Shown here: piece by piece, positions 33,338 to 48,029 of the stretch | Numbering within the stretch: position 1 is the first letter of the stretch | Layout: each line of letters starts with the position of its first letter | From: Nemertoderma westbladi | Lineage: Eukaryota > Animalia > Xenacoelomorpha | NCBI GenBank assembly: GCA_032718475.1 | Contig: JAUCBJ010003847.1 | Span: 10,428 to 74,427, forward strand | DNA length: 64,000 nt | Direction: 5' to 3' | Translations under genes and position numbers: made by a program | Notes under the pieces: generated by a model | Databases searched by the model: none | Told to the model about the DNA's origin: nothing | Seen by the model: the letters and a program-made list of their open reading frames with translations, nothing else

Positions 33338-36063
33338 TACTGAACAGACTACTGGCTTTACTGCTTTCTAAATAATCGGACATTAAGATACGATTTTATT
33401 CTACGGGACTTTCAAAACCTGGACCGAAAGTTCAAACTGCCTTGTCTGAAACTTACGTATGCTAAGGTCATCTTGACTTCCGGTTTCATGATCGCAATTT
33501 GGCAGAAATTATCCACATGCTCAAGCTTAGAGCTTATAGATCTTTTGGATTATATGTTCATACGATCGGTTATATCAGTCGAAGTGAACTGTCGAAATTT
33601 TGAAATTCTCTAGAAAGACTAACACTAGCGTCAATTTGTGCAGTACCTACCCCCCATCTTTATTATGGTGATCATCGGAGGACATGCCTGACTGCTGTAA
33701 TATTTTCTTCAGGAATCCTATATGCTGAAATTATATAGAGCATACGAGATCGTGAGAATCCAACAAAGACACAAACCAGATATATGTCTTTACACCAACT
33801 TATTCGATATCATTGCATGGTTGTAATAAATTTTGCGCGCCTCTGTAGGCAACATATAAAATTATACACTCCCTCAAGAATTCAATTTAAGAATATGAAA
33901 TAATAATTACACATTATTCCCTATCCCTTTCCACCGTAATATTTCATCGCCATCACAAATATTTGACGGCCTCCTTCCAACCAATATCACGGACACTTCC
34001 ATTCAAAGTCACCTTTCCACCCTTATTCACCTACCAAGAATATTGACAGCTTGATTTCTCTGTAAGCCGCTCTCACCCAATAAGGGAATGCCCTGTAAAA
34101 CTTCACTCCCTTCCTTGCATTGGAGCCTCCTCTCTGCTATGCAGAGATCCCTTGTTCCCCACGCGTCCCATTATACTTAAACCATTGTCTTAACAAGGGA
34201 ATATTTGTAACTAACAAGAACTCTACTTGAATTATTATCGTTAGTAATCAGTTATTGACCAGTTTAACAGACTAATATAAATTATGATTAACATGCATTC
34301 AACGTAAAAATCACTGCCGAGAAAGATAACTTCAATATGGGTGATAATTAGGGGTCAACTTCACATTGACCCCTTACCGGGTTTAAAAGGGCCCACATTT
34401 GGGTGGAAAAGTCAGTCAGTAACAAGCAGCTTTAGTAGATGGTTGTCTCATCAGCTAATCTAGGCTCTGTTCTTCGGTATCGGACCTACTTTGATCAATT
34501 ATCACTGTTCAACTGGCAGTCGGGGTTCATGGTGTTTGGGCTCGTAGGTAAGGTTCCAGCTGAGGACTTTGCTTTGGTCAAACAGCCCCAGGGCGCTAGC
34601 GCACTCTGTCCCCGCTGGCTGCTTGTTTCGTCCCTGGACCACTCTGTCCGCTGACATTTCATGTATTTTTAGCATAACGAAACGACTCAAAATTCTGTAT
34701 TATTTTCTTCCATTTTTGGGTTACAATTAGTTGGATTGTATTATTTTTGAGACTATACTTTGGATCCCAACGGACCCAAAGCACCCCCCACCCGGTTTCT
34801 CTTTTTCTCTCTTCCCAGAGGTTTTTCTATGGTGTTACGTACATGTACACTATTTTTATATGCAAGAAGGAAGCAATATAACATCTTGGAAAGAACAGAA
34901 ATCACTGTGATTTTGCACTATCTATGAAGGGTTGTGGTTGTCCGTAAATAACAAGTGATTGAATGACCGTGGGAAATATTTTCATGACAGTATGGATAGC
35001 CAGAAACCAAAACAATAAGGCAAAAAGAAACACTTTTTGGACTAAACCGTTTTAGGAGCTTAATGTGCCAGAGGCATGTGAAATCCATTACAGTAATAAA
35101 CTTGCACTGCGCCTAAACGCCGCGTGAAGAAAAAGGGTTTATTACCATTATGGTGATAAACTTATTTCACTTCCCGCCAGAAGTGATTTTCTTTTATTGT
35201 TTGGTTTTCGCGGCCAAGTGTAGGGACCTACGTGTAGGGACCTACCAAAGGGGACCTACCCTGAGAGGCCTACACTACCGGTGCACGGTACTAAATTATT
35301 TTCAAAAATTTGAATAACTGCAATAGGCTCGTGGCAGCCCCCACGGTCATGGGTGGCGCTTGCTGAAAAGGTTATTTAAATATCAAGTGCAAAACACTCG
35401 GTTACACAGTCCGAGAGTAATTTCATAGGCAGAAAATTACGATTGACTACGAATCTGCATTAGAGGAAAGAGACTAGACACATCTACCGACGGAAGAAGT
35501 CTTTGGGGACTGTACAACCCCATTGTTACTAAAAACCGGAAGTCTGCGTCAGCTCGCACCCACTCACATGAGGTCCGCTACCTCTATTGGAAGGAAACGG
35601 TTGGTGTGACTAAAATCAGTACCCGTTAGACCCAGAGATAATACTGGTATAAATACCTAGCCCTGTATTGCCACCCCTATTCCACGTAGGCCCCTTTGTG
35701 TTTCTTTGTTTTTTTAAGATTATTTGTTATTTGTTTGTATTGTTTTGTAGACGAACCAGATACTTAAGGGTAAAAGCTATGTTTGTAACTCGTCCCTTGG
35801 GGTAAAAGTGTACATTTTACCTAACTATATGTGGATTGGTACGTTATTAGAGTAAGCGTTGCGTTCACGAGAGCAAAGTGTCTGTCTTAAGTGGATCCGT
35901 TGGTGTGATAGTTAACAGGACTTACTATTAGTGTTGCTCTATAGACCTCTGTCTCTTCCTTTGTGTGGCCGTATGAAGTAAGTAATTTGCGTTTTGACGG
36001 TGTCCCATAAACCACAAGCTCAAATCTTATACATCCGTGTATTGTTATGTGTTGTTCCTAACC

Positions 36064-37463
36064 AAGTTGGTGCCAGTTCCCAAGAAGGGCAACCTAACAC
36101 TCTATGGTTCTTTTCGGGGAATCTCATTGATCTCGATTGCTGCAAAGCTATACAATAGAATTCTATTAAATCGCATTAGGGATCCCATATAGAGACTGCT
36201 CCGTGGAAATCAGAATGGGTTCCGTAAAGGTCGTGGGACCATGGAGCCCATTTTGGCACTTAGAAGGATAATTGAAGAGTTATCAAAAAAGAAAGACAGG
36301 CATCTGGCAGTTATCTTTGTTGACTTCTTCAAGGCCTTTGATTCAGTCTCTCGCTCACGTATGTTCAGCATACTTTCATTATATGGGATTCCTGATTAAA
36401 TTATTGCAGCAATCAGATCAGTATATGATGGTTCGACAACATTTGTGTCTACTGTTGACGGTGACACAGAACCATTTGAAGTGTTATGGGGCGTCCTCCA
36501 GGGAGACACACTTGCACCATTCTTGTTCATAATTGTTGTTGACTATGTTCTACGCATGTTCTTAGATCATCATAATGATGATGGGGTGATAATAACTCCA
36601 CCTACTGGCTCCAGAAATCGAGGAAATCCTGCCAAGTACCTAACTGATCTAGACTTTGCTGATGACTTAGGAGTACTCTCAGAATCACTAGAGGGAGCCC
36701 AACGGCTCCTCAGCTCATTAGAACATGCTGCTTCTAGTGTTGGTCTTTTTATTAACTCCAGAAAGACCAAAATTTTGACAGTTAACTTTGAAAGTCCTCA
36801 GCAAGTCTCTGATCGGATGAGCATAAGCTCAAAGGATGGTATGCTTGAGCATGTGGACGACTTCTGTTACCTGGGATCATGGATCCGGAAGTCAGGTGAG
36901 GACCTTCGAATACGTAAGGGAAAGGCATGGGCAGCCTTGAATAGGCTTTCCAGGATTTGGAAGTCTCCGAGAATTAATCGGAAACTTAAGGTCCGATTAT
37001 TTAGAGCAGCAGTAGTTCCAGTACTCCTCTACGGGAGTCCATGCTAGGCTCTAACTGCTAAGGACACCAAATCTCTGGATGGCACATTCACAAGAATGCT
37101 ACGCCGGGTTCATTGTGTCAAGTACAATGCACACATCTCCAACCAGACACTATATAACATTGGAGGTGTCTCATTGGTTCCCCCAAGCTTGACACTAGAA
37201 CAAAATCGCCTCCGCTTTGCAGGACATTGCTTTCGCCGCATAATCTTGTACTTTGGAAGCCTCATGGAGTGAATAAGCATGGTGGACAGCCCATGACTTT
37301 CTTGAGACGCATCTTAAAGGACACTGGCCTTGAAGATGCGGATGATCTAGCAAATGTCATGGGTGATAGGGAGTTGTAGCGGTGCAATTTTGTTGACAAG
37401 CCGGCACAGCATTCTTAAAAATGCAGCTGCAATGCAGCATGCCGATCCTAGTAGTAGTAGTAG
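36064..37463 (+). mobile_element. 5'-truncated RTE-like LINE (RT pseudogene) with (TAG)n tail
   Basis: LVPVPKKG, NQNGFRKGRGT, GVLQGDTLAPFLFIIV, LDFADD, FCYLGSWI, VLLYGS; TAG repeats at 37449-37463. Confidence 0.9.
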
Positions 37464-38099
37464 AGAGAAGGAAGGGTGCGTTTGTATAGGGCACTCCCTT
37501 ATTGGATAGCAGTAGCTTGGAGGGAAGCTAGCTATATTGTGGTTGGTAGGTGAGTGAGGGGTTGTAAGGGTGCCTGGATGAGAATAGGCCATGATATTGG
37601 TTATGGATGGAGATGGGATATTGCGGTGAGAAAGGGGGGGGGGGGATAATTGTGTAGTGATTATTGCATTTATAAATCAAAATCATGAGTGTATTTTTAT
37701 ATGTTTGCCTATACGGAGGCGCGAAAAGTCGATTACAAAACCCAATAAACCCCTTAAGTGGGCCCTCGTATGGTTTGCAGTGAAACTATTTTCTAGATTA
37801 TTAATTTTTGTTGCATCCACTATCTTGATTGCGTGTAGCAAGTAAGTATTCCCTTGTACATGTAATACAATTATATTTATTACTAACTATAAATAAAGTG
37901 GAATAGGTTTGACCTATTTAATTTAAGAATAATTATAAACCACCAAATATTCTGGTCAGTGTCTATCGAGGCAAACCACCATTATTTGGGAAAATTTTTA
38001 TTATTTTAAATATTAAAGCTTTTCAACCGGAGTAGTGTATTTTTTGATTTTTCTGGTGTAGACCGAATTTTTTCGAAATTTAACTATATATTAACTTGT

Positions 38100-39210
38100 G
38101 GATGCAAAAAAACGCATTTAACAAAGTGAACAGGGTGATGGCTTTATGGCACATTAGGGTGCTATGGCCAAGATAGATGTGGGCGGGCGTTTCATGTTCA
38201 ACACATACCTTGTCATTCACCTAAAGACTCAGATTCAATTAATACAAGTATGGTATGCTGATAACACCCAGGGGATCGGTAAGCTGCATCATCTTAGGGA
38301 ATGGTTTGTAGAGCTCGGCCATTGTGGACCAATGTTTGATTATTATCCTGCGCCGGAAAAGTATATACTTGTTGTGGAATATACAAACATAGAGCTTGGT
38401 AATCACTTGGAGCTTGGCATCACTGTAGATGGAGATCATGATCCTGAATGAGCTGACACCACAACAACACCAGGCAGCTGAGAGGGCATCATCAGCAATA
38501 TCTCACTGGCTAACAGTACCTCCAATCAAAATTCACCACTTTGACCTTTCTCCGTGCGAATTTCGCCATGGCTGCCGGCCTCTTGTCAATGCGATGAGCC
38601 GAGCTCCTGTGATGGTTGTGGGGGTATGTTTACTTTAGCCCATGCCCTCGACTGTAAGAAAGGAGGCTTGGTAACCTTACGCCATAACGAGGTCGGAGAT
38701 GCACATGGTGGGCTTTTTGATCTGGCATTCCCAGGCACTTCAGTTGAATGGGAGCCGATCATACGGGAGGTGGGTGATGAGAGTGGCATTGCTGGACTAC
38801 GGGCCGACATTTCTGTGAGGGGATTTTGGCAGCCGCAGAGGAGGGCGTTGTTCGCTATTAGAGTATTTGACTCAGATGTCCCCTCTTACGCTGAAAGAAC
38901 AGTCCAGTCACTATTGTCTTCTGCGGAGCATGAGAAGAATACTAAGTACTCCAATGCATGCAGTCAATGTCAGGCAGATTTCTCATCCCTGGTTACTACA
39001 GTGTACGGGTGGAGAGTACACCATAATCCTATGCCGTCTTGCTACATATTTTAGTTAGAAATGGGACAAACCATATCCACGGGTGATGGGCTGCGTAAGA
39101 GCCAGGCTATCTTTTGCCACTTTAAGGGCAACATGTGCCTGCTTTAGGTCTTCTCACTCTGTATGGCGATGGGCTGGTGTGGTGGATGGTGCTTCCCTAC
39201 CTTATGTACA
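38100..39210 (+). mobile_element. Degenerate CRE-like non-LTR retrotransposon (RT remnant, CCHC and restriction-like endonuclease)
   Basis: WYADN, CDGCG...HALDC..GG...RHNE, RADISVRGFW, EKNTKY. Confidence 0.75.
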
Positions 39211-40388
39211 CATTTAAATATAGTAGACTTTTGTTGTTGTTTGCAATTTTTGTATAACGTTTCATATAGTTTCAGTGTCAGTTTCAATGTCAGTAAAAAT
39301 GTCTTTTGTAATTTAGTTACTATTAACTAAATTACATTAAATTAACCAAGTTACTATTAACTAAATATTAACGTTATTCTGGGATAACAGACCATACACA
39401 CCAATAGAGGGCTGTTGGTTGAAAGTCCTGCAGCTATCAACTGTGATTTTTTCATACTGTTTAGCCACTGTTTTTGGGATTCTTATGAGTCCACCTTATT
39501 CTCACAAAGAGGACATGCTTTCGTATCCTCAAAAATGAAAATAAAACCCTTACCTTATAGGGTTGCTCGATTCCTAGGCAGTTTCGAGCGGCTGTCTTTC
39601 CTTTATATCAGGTTTGGAACTGTGGTTTGGAAAACACACAGGTTCCTGATAAAGTGGTGTAAAAGCCACACCTACCAAACGTGTCAATTATTATTTATTT
39701 GACAGAAAAATAAAATCATTTTTTTTCAAGATAATCATTGGGAATTATTCTTATTAAAAAGTTTTATTATTTCACTATCTAATAAAGTACCGGTAAATAG
39801 TGACTACTTTATATTACCAAAAACTAACCATCGCGTCTCTCTTTCCCCCCAAGCAGGAGTACAGTATAACCTGTGTTGACATGAAAACTCACCTTTGTGT
39901 TTGATTGAGGGTTTTTACATTTCTCCTTTTAGAGTTGGTGAAGTTCTTTTTTGTTGTTGCTAATAAGCTAAGTTTTACGTGACACAGGTAATTGGGGATG
40001 GGTGGTGTGCATATTTGGTGCAATTTCACTTTGAGTGTCTTACCCCTTTTTATATAATTTTGCGGCAAGAGAAAACTTACATTCCTTTTTTACTTTGAAA
40101 ATTTCCATTGGTATTTGCTCTGGCAATATTCCAGTGCCGGCTGTTTCAGACCAACCTCTTGACCTCGGTTGAGACCAGTAAGTTCCTAGTAGCATGGGAA
40201 CTGAAGAGGAACGTGGGCAACAAGCCATACTTGGTGTCACCAACGAAATTTTTTCAAAGGTAAATTTTCAGAAAGCGTTCAATCCTAGCTATAGAACAGT
40301 TGATCCTAGTACTACCCTAATTAAGATCAAAATTCAATATTCGGGAGGGCCCCTGTAATTAAGCCAGCCTGACAAAATTAATATAGAG

Positions 40389-43300
40389 TTGATCCTCAGG
40401 ATAGGGTCGAATATGTCTAACGCGATGCACTCATTGACGGACCCTGGTGAGAGACCTATCAACCAATCACAGACCATACGGGACACAATGCCAACTACAG
40501 TGCATCCCGTAGAGGAACCGCCCACTTCAATCTGGGTTGACGGAACCCCAATAACGTCTCCCCAACAATATAGAGTTTGTATGGGGGAAGCTGAGATTAA
40601 AAGAAATGAAGGAGAAGATGTTCCGAAACCCACTCTACCAAACATACCTTTAATAGATACTAGCAGCTTCATAGATCAACATGAAAACGAACCTATAAAG
40701 ATTGAGTTGCCACACGCCTCAAAAACTCAGCAAACAAAACCCTTGCAGAGGGATGTGTAGAAATGATAACCGAATCTCTTATAAATGAATCGACGAGTAA
40801 TGATAATGTAAATAATAAGCGGATGGGACAGGTTCCTGTAGGAGTGGGACCCACCTTCCCTCCCTCATGAGAGGTATTGGAAGACCCTGTGACCTCGGGA
40901 ACTGTCCAAGAAGAACCGCTAAGGAAAAATGATGATAAACAGACGGGACAGGTTTCAGGAGCAGGAGCAGGAGCAGGACCTACCTTCCCTCCCACACGGG
41001 AGGGGTTGGAGGTACTTGTGCCCTCAGAAACTGTCAAAGAAGAACAGCTAAGGATAGCAAATGAACAGTTAGTTGAGTTTCTACATATAATAAATAATAT
41101 GAATAAAGAGCCAATCAACGAGGAGAAGAGACCAACTCGACATATAACACCCAAACCTTATCAACACATGAATCTCTGCATGAGAACGGATTCTGAAGAC
41201 TCCAGCGAGAGTAATATTCCTCCTCAAAAAGTTTACCCAGAAATGGAAAACTTGAAAACTAACATCAAAGATTTATCTGAAACTGTTAAAAACTGAACAC
41301 AAAACCTAAACACTCCACGCCAAGAAACAAAGGCGAAGAGATCGGAGCACTCAGCGCGACCCCATCAGACGAATTGCCATTTGTCTCATCAATGTACAAA
41401 GTCAAAGACAATTTACATTACAAAGCGTATTATATAATGGTGGAAGTAAGTCGCCAATGAACCATCCTCACACAAGAGTCCCATTGTCACCTCATCCCCA
41501 AGACGTCCGATTCTACACTGGACACTCATTCCCAAAAGACCACTATACACCCAGTAGAGCGTGTCCAGAGGTGCCACCGAATGAACCGGATGACCCATTC
41601 AATGGTGATGACAATGACAAACCCCTGAGGAAACGGAAAAACAAGATCCCCAAGAAAAAAACAGGGAAATGACAAAACTAAAAAGAACCGCCTCCACAAC
41701 CACGTCGGAAATGGCAACCAGATCCGTCACCAGATCCAAGTGATTTCTCATCATCATCCTCCGAATCGGATTTCAGCGATGATTCATCCTCAACGTCTTC
41801 TGAGAAACATTGAAGACGCCAAAAGCGAGATAAACGAAATTATCAACTCCAAATGGGTGATATCTTAGCAACATCCCTAGAAGGACCAAGACTGGAATCA
41901 ACAAAATTTAATGGAAACTCAGCGGAATTTATCTCGTTCAAAGCACATTTTATTGCTCAAGTGGATAGCAAAAACGTCCCCATAACCACAAAAATAAGAT
42001 GTCTGTTAACCTATATATCTGGGAAGGCATCACAGAAGGTCAAACATTATGAGGGAGTAGACGATGGATATCAGCATGCATGGGACATGTTAGAGAAGAA
42101 CTTTGGTAACCCGACAGCTGTAATGAAATCAGTGATACATAATGTCACCACGTGTAAATTCCCGATTGTAACAGATTCACACGTAGACGAATACGCGGAT
42201 GACATCCGACAAAGTCTGGAAATACTCCAAACATTAAAATGTCCACACGCACTAAATAGTGCTGACAATATGAGCAGAATCGTAGTGAATCTGGACTTCT
42301 CGGCTCGATAAAAATGGGTGAACGAGGCGCAACACTTCCGTCTACGACATGGTACCGAACCCGACATGTATGCATTCGCTGATTGGATAGAGAAATAAGC
42401 TGATAGAGTTAAAGATCCTTTGTTTGACAACCTTGCGTTGAAGGAACTTCTATCCATTCAAATGGGAGAGTCCTACGCTAGGATACGTCCCTCTATGGTT
42501 CAAACAATGACCATTCTCACATTGCGGAAAGGTAAAGCAGAGAAATTAAACCTGAAATCTGCTGCCAAAACTAAACCTATCCCAGCAGTGCACAGTCTAG
42601 CCATCCAATCCCAAGAAGAAGGAGAAAATGTTCGTGTGACCAAACACGTCACAGATGAAGAGGAAATATACTCAAGTGATGATGATTTCTAGACAACTAA
42701 TCCACATATTAACACGTTTGCAATAACATGGTCTGCTGAACCGATAAACATCTATCCAGGCGGACTAACCCAACAATGTTATGAAAGCAACGGGAAACAT
42801 CGTGTGAATCAGTGTCCGAAATTCCAAAGTCTCTCACACAAGGAGAAGTATGATACATGTTTCCATCTACAACTCTGCTTAGTCTGTCAAGGTTTGAGAC
42901 ATTTCCATAAACATTGTAAATCATTAGAAAAATATCGGTGTTCTAAAACCACCAAGGAGGGCATGTGCCAGGAGGCACATAGCCCAGATCTTCATCCAGA
43001 ACCAGCCGACATAAATGACAAATTCAAATGGTTAACAGATGAATATAAGAGAGTAGCAAGTGGACCTCCAACACCTCACGAGGCATGGTTGAAACTCCAT
43101 CCTGAGAGTAAAGGATCAAAGAATACCCTGAAAACTCTTCCTCCACCACCAAAAACAACTACCTCGTTGTTTCAAGTATATTATTATGAAGACACGACAC
43201 TATGCACAATGCCTCCTACTAATAACGACGAGATTACGGCGATGGGCCACCAAAAAGGGAGCAGCGGTATTCCTAAAGATCATCCCTATACAAGTCGAAA

Positions 43301-43680
43301 ACTGCAACACAAACGCCATTATATCAACATATGCGTTCCTTGATAACGGTTCAACAGGCACCTTCATAGACAGACATTTAGCTGACCAGCTGGGTTTACC
43401 CATGAACAAGGCTGTTATCTGTATCAACACCATGTCCGATAAGAAGACATTGAACACCCATTGAACAACGTGTGGGATTCAACCCTTGGTTGATACAAAT
43501 GGTGTCGAACACTACCTTATATCATTGTAATTGAAAACCTGAAAATCGATTATAATCGCCCGTCAGAATGGCCCTTAGAAAGGATCCAACATCTTAGAAG
43601 CCTAAAGACACCAGATGACAACATCGCGGTCGATAGGGTTTCAATTCTCATTGGTATCAACTTCCCGCTTCTACATACGA
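40389..43680 (+). mobile_element. Degenerate BEL/Pao gag-protease, ending at an RTE insertion
   Basis: KFNGNSAEFISFK...AWDMLEKNFGNP, Cys/His knuckles (CPKF, CLVC...H..HC, C..AH...LH), AFLDNGSTGTFI, ILIG. Confidence 0.82.
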
Positions 43681-44925
43681 TAGTACTACTAGGATCGGCA
43701 TTTTTAAGAATGCTGTGCCGGCTTGTCGACAAAATTGCACCACCACAACTCCCTATCACCCATGATATTTGCTAGATCATCCGCATATTCAAGGCCAGTG
43801 TCCTTTAAGATGCGTCTCAAGAAAGTCATGGGCTGTCCACCATGTTTATTCACTTCATGACGCTGCCAAAGCACAAGATTATGCACTGGCTGGTCCTGCA
43901 ATGTCCTGCAAAGTGGAGGCGACTTTGTTCTAGTGTCAAGCTTGGGGGAACCAATGAGACACCTCCAATGTTATATAGTGTCTGTTTGGAAATGTGTGCA
44001 TTGTACTTGACACAATGAACCCGGCGCAGCATTCTTGTGAATGTTCCATCCAAAGATTTGGTGTCCTCAGTAGTTAGAGCCCAGCATGGACTCCACTAGA
44101 GGAGTACTGGAACTACTGCTGCTGTAAATAATCGGACCTTAAGTTTCCGATTATTTATCTGTGACTTCCAAATCCTGGAAAGCCTATTCAAGGCTGCCCA
44201 TGCCTTTCCCTTACGTATTCAAAGGTCCTCACCTGACTTCCGGATCCATGACCCCAGGTAACAGAAGTCGTCCACATGCTCAAGCATACCATCCTTTGAG
44301 CTCATACTCATCCGGTCAGAAACTTGCTATGCTGAGGACTTTCAAAGTTAACTGTCAAAAGTGTCGTCTTTTTGGAGTTAATAAAAAGACCAACACTAGA
44401 AGCAGCCTGTTCTAATGAGCTGATGAGCCGTTGGGCTCCCACTAGTGATTCTGAGAGTACTCCGAAGTCATCAGCAAAGTCTAGATCAGTTAGGTACTTG
44501 GGAGGATTTCCTCGACTTCTGGAGCCTGTAGGTAGAGTTACCATCACCCCATCATCATTATGATGATCTAAGGACATGCGTAGAACATAGTCAACCACAA
44601 TTATGAACAAGAATGGTGCACGTGTGTCTCCCTGGAGGACTCCCAATAACACTTAAAATGGTTTTGTAGTAGACACAGTAGACACAAATGTTGTCGAACC
44701 ATCGTATACTGATTTGATTGCTGCAATAATTTCATCAGGAATCCCATATAAAGAAAGTATGCTGAACATACGTGAGCGGGAGACTGAATCAAAGGCCTGG
44801 AAAAGTCAATGAAGATAACAACCAGATGCCTGTCTTTCTTTTTTGATAACTCTTCAATTATCCTTCTAAGTGCCAAAATGGGCTCCATGGTCCCACGACC
44901 TTTACGGAACCCATTCTGATTCCCA
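43681..44925 (-). mobile_element. Second RTE-like LINE copy (inverted relative to 36064-37463)
   Basis: Closely similar sequence: GVLQGDT, DFADD, DGTFTRMLRRVHCVKYNAHIS; TAG-type tail at ~43681-43692. Confidence 0.9.
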
Positions 44926-46112
44926 CCTACAGTACTAACCATTGCAATTGCAATGGTCAGTACTATAGGTGGGTCCCTCCTCAGTCATTATCATCAACCT
45001 ATAAACCATTTAAACGGCCCAGTGCTTACAATTCAATCAGCTGGCCTCCCACCTAACATCTATGAGTAAACTTATAGATATTCCCATAGGATTTTTCTGG
45101 GAAGAGCTATTCAGCTGGCGGGGTAATACATTATACAAACTTACAGTTGATGTTTGATTACTGTCTGGGATAGAGAGGGAGAGAGTAATAAACTTGGCAA
45201 GTAATATACTTCTGTGCAGTTTGGGCCTATCCATTCAATCAATACTAGTAGCTTACTAGACCCTCATGAGTACCAGCTGCTGGTGTTTCTATCGTTGAGT
45301 TGATGGCAATTTTCGTGTTTTCATTTTCGCTCACTCTGGGTACTGGTTTGAGGGGTAGGTTCGTTTAAAGTCGTGTAAAGCTTTCTAGTATATCAACGTT
45401 TTCACATTTTTTTAAATAATTTTAAAATATGCCAGCTAGTAAAAAAAAACTACCTTAATAAATAAATACTACTAATGTTCTAGAACATTCAATGGAACAT
45501 ATATATAACAGTATAGTATATATGTATCCTGCCCATTGCCCCATTTTTGGTAACAAAAAATTTTTATTTATTTTATAGTTGATCATTTTTTGACCATTTT
45601 CATGGCTATTATCATGATATTATGTTCTGGAACATATATTTTTGAGAGACGTTAGCTATTATTTGTGTGGCAGACATTAATATTCTATGTGAAAAAAATT
45701 ACCTGACGATCTAATGTAAATTATTAGCTACCATGACTCAGAAAATTAAGGATTAATTGGGGATTAAATACGATTAAAATGTTAAATTGCAGATTTTTTT
45801 TTACAAGCTAATCAAATGTACAAGCTAGCACAAAATCAACATTTCTAGCTACAATCTTACTGTCAGAAGGTAAAATATTTCTTCTAGAACAAAAAACATC
45901 CATCCAATCATGATAAAAGCCATTTTTACATGAAAAAATTGGTCAAATGTTGGTACCCAGGGCATAGTATATTCAGATCTTGGTACAAGACTATTACATC
46001 AAATATTAGATAAATTTAATTCCGTAGATAGAGTTATTAAATTCTAGAATACTAAATTCATTAGTAATATAAAATATATAATAGGAATTTGTACTATAAT
46101 GTATGAAGCGAA

Positions 46113-47744
46113 ATGGCATCCATAACTCCATATTCGGATTCACCCGGCAGAGAAATTTATGGAAAGCGTCTTCACACTGCCATCTCACGTTTTAGATACT
46201 TGTTTAGAAAGAAACCACTACCCCCAGCAGATGATCACCATCAAAATGTAAGACATTCTAAAGGTCTAATGGCCTCACACAGAAAACAGCTTGATAGAGT
46301 ATTCTTATGTGATGAACGAGATCAAACTGTAAAGCCTAGGAATACAATAGAAGACAATGAAGGGTTGGAAGCAGTTGGAAAAGGGGAAGGGCAGCCATCT
46401 AATATGGATGATATAGTAACATGGGACGAAGACAGAGCCACTAGATATATTTGCAAGGACGTAATTGGTTACGTTCTGAGAAGCACTCCATTTAGAATAA
46501 TGATTGTGATTCTAATTGTAATAAACTCAATCTTAATTGGAGTTCAGACTGACGAACCAACACTGCGTAAGTATGAAACATATTTTGCGAATCTTGACTT
46601 GGCGCTCACGACGGTATTTATTGCAGAGATTATTCTCAAATGGAGGTATAACTTCTATCTGTACTGGAAGAGTGGATGGAATGCCTTAGATGTGTTACTT
46701 GTGGCAGCCGTGCTTCTAGAAGATAGCCTCAAGTTTTTAGTGAGTGGTCGTGTGTTAAGGATACTTAGAGTCCTGAGGGCTTTGAGAACATTCCGTGGCG
46801 CCAATTTCCTTCTGGGGTTATCAACTCTCATACAAACAATCCTCTACTCTCTTCCAGACATGGGAAATATCGCATTACTTCTCTTCATCGTAATGCTGAT
46901 GTTATCGGTAGCTGGTTCAGTTTTATTTGGGGCAGACTTCCCCGAAAGCTTCGGTAATATAGGTACTGCGTTGTATACAAACTTTATCTGCGTAACCCAA
47001 GACGGATGGGTTGACATATACCGAGGCAATATGGACAAGAAGAGTGACCAAAGTGTTTTAGGTGCAGTATATTTCATTATTTCCATTGTAGTTGGTGCTT
47101 TTATTTTTGCGAATATAATTATTGCAGTTGTGGTAACAAATTTAGATAAATCGATTCGCGAAAGTCGAGGTTTGACCCAGACTGATCAATCGACACCAAA
47201 AGGGGATGAAATAAAAGAGGACGTCTGGGCTGACAAAACTAAGAAAATCTCCATGAAACAACCCGAGGTTGTTATGTCCTCTTTCGATGTGTTCAAGCAA
47301 ACACCACTGGAAATTATTGATTTCTCTAAAGTAACGCCGGCAAGGCTAGAAACCTATTATTTGCTTATTCTGGCTTTGGAAGAAAATCTACAGAGATATC
47401 AGAAACTCCATGAAAAACTTGTTCGACTAGTTGACAATCAGAACACATATCGCCGTAATTACTACGAAAAAAGAAATCGAGATACTCCAATCGATGATGA
47501 GAGTGTTAGTGTTGACTACAATCTTATGGCAGAATTTACGCACACAGGAGATATCGTTTCAGGTGTTGTTGAGATGGACAAACATAATATGTTGGACAAA
47601 GATGATGGACGAGGGGGTATCCTTGATTTATTGCGCCCCCAAACTATCAAAAGAACTGCCGCCGCTAAAAATCTTATAAGACACGTCTCGAGGACATCCA
47701 ACCTGATGTTAACAAAAAAGGAAGAACAAGGAAATGATAAATAA
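46113..47744 (+). CDS. CATSPER4: CatSper4-like cation channel, divergent copy B (single ORF)
   Basis: Same S4 (RVLRILRVLRALRTFR), pore ICVTQDGWVDIY, S6 and C-terminal motifs; distinct N-terminus; 543 aa. Confidence 0.87.
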   Translation: MASITPYSDSPGREIYGKRLHTAISRFRYLFRKKPLPPADDHHQNVRHSKGLMASHRKQLDRVFLCDERDQTVKPRNTIEDNEGLEAVGKGEGQPSNMDDIVTWDEDRATRYICKDVIGYVLRSTPFRIMIVILIVINSILIGVQTDEPTLRKYETYFANLDLALTTVFIAEIILKWRYNFYLYWKSGWNALDVLLVAAVLLEDSLKFLVSGRVLRILRVLRALRTFRGANFLLGLSTLIQTILYSLPDMGNIALLLFIVMLMLSVAGSVLFGADFPESFGNIGTALYTNFICVTQDGWVDIYRGNMDKKSDQSVLGAVYFIISIVVGAFIFANIIIAVVVTNLDKSIRESRGLTQTDQSTPKGDEIKEDVWADKTKKISMKQPEVVMSSFDVFKQTPLEIIDFSKVTPARLETYYLLILALEENLQRYQKLHEKLVRLVDNQNTYRRNYYEKRNRDTPIDDESVSVDYNLMAEFTHTGDIVSGVVEMDKHNMLDKDDGRGGILDLLRPQTIKRTAAAKNLIRHVSRTSNLMLTKKEEQGNDK

Positions 47745-48029
47745 CAACAAAGTCGTTTTTACAGAGACATGGACAATAATAATAAGAATTTGTAATCTGG
47801 AATTTACAAACATCCAATAACAGACATTGTGTCCCAATGAATTTGTATCTTATTTTTTAATCTTAAACTCCTTAGTTACGAAAATTTGGTAAAGGCAATA
47901 TTTAAATTAAACATTGAGATGATTTTCAAAAGAATTCTTTCCCTGGCAAACAACGCCACTAAACTAAATTTCTAGGTGATTTTATTACTGTTGAATGATT
48001 AGGTTTCATTTGGTACCAAAGTAAAGTTA

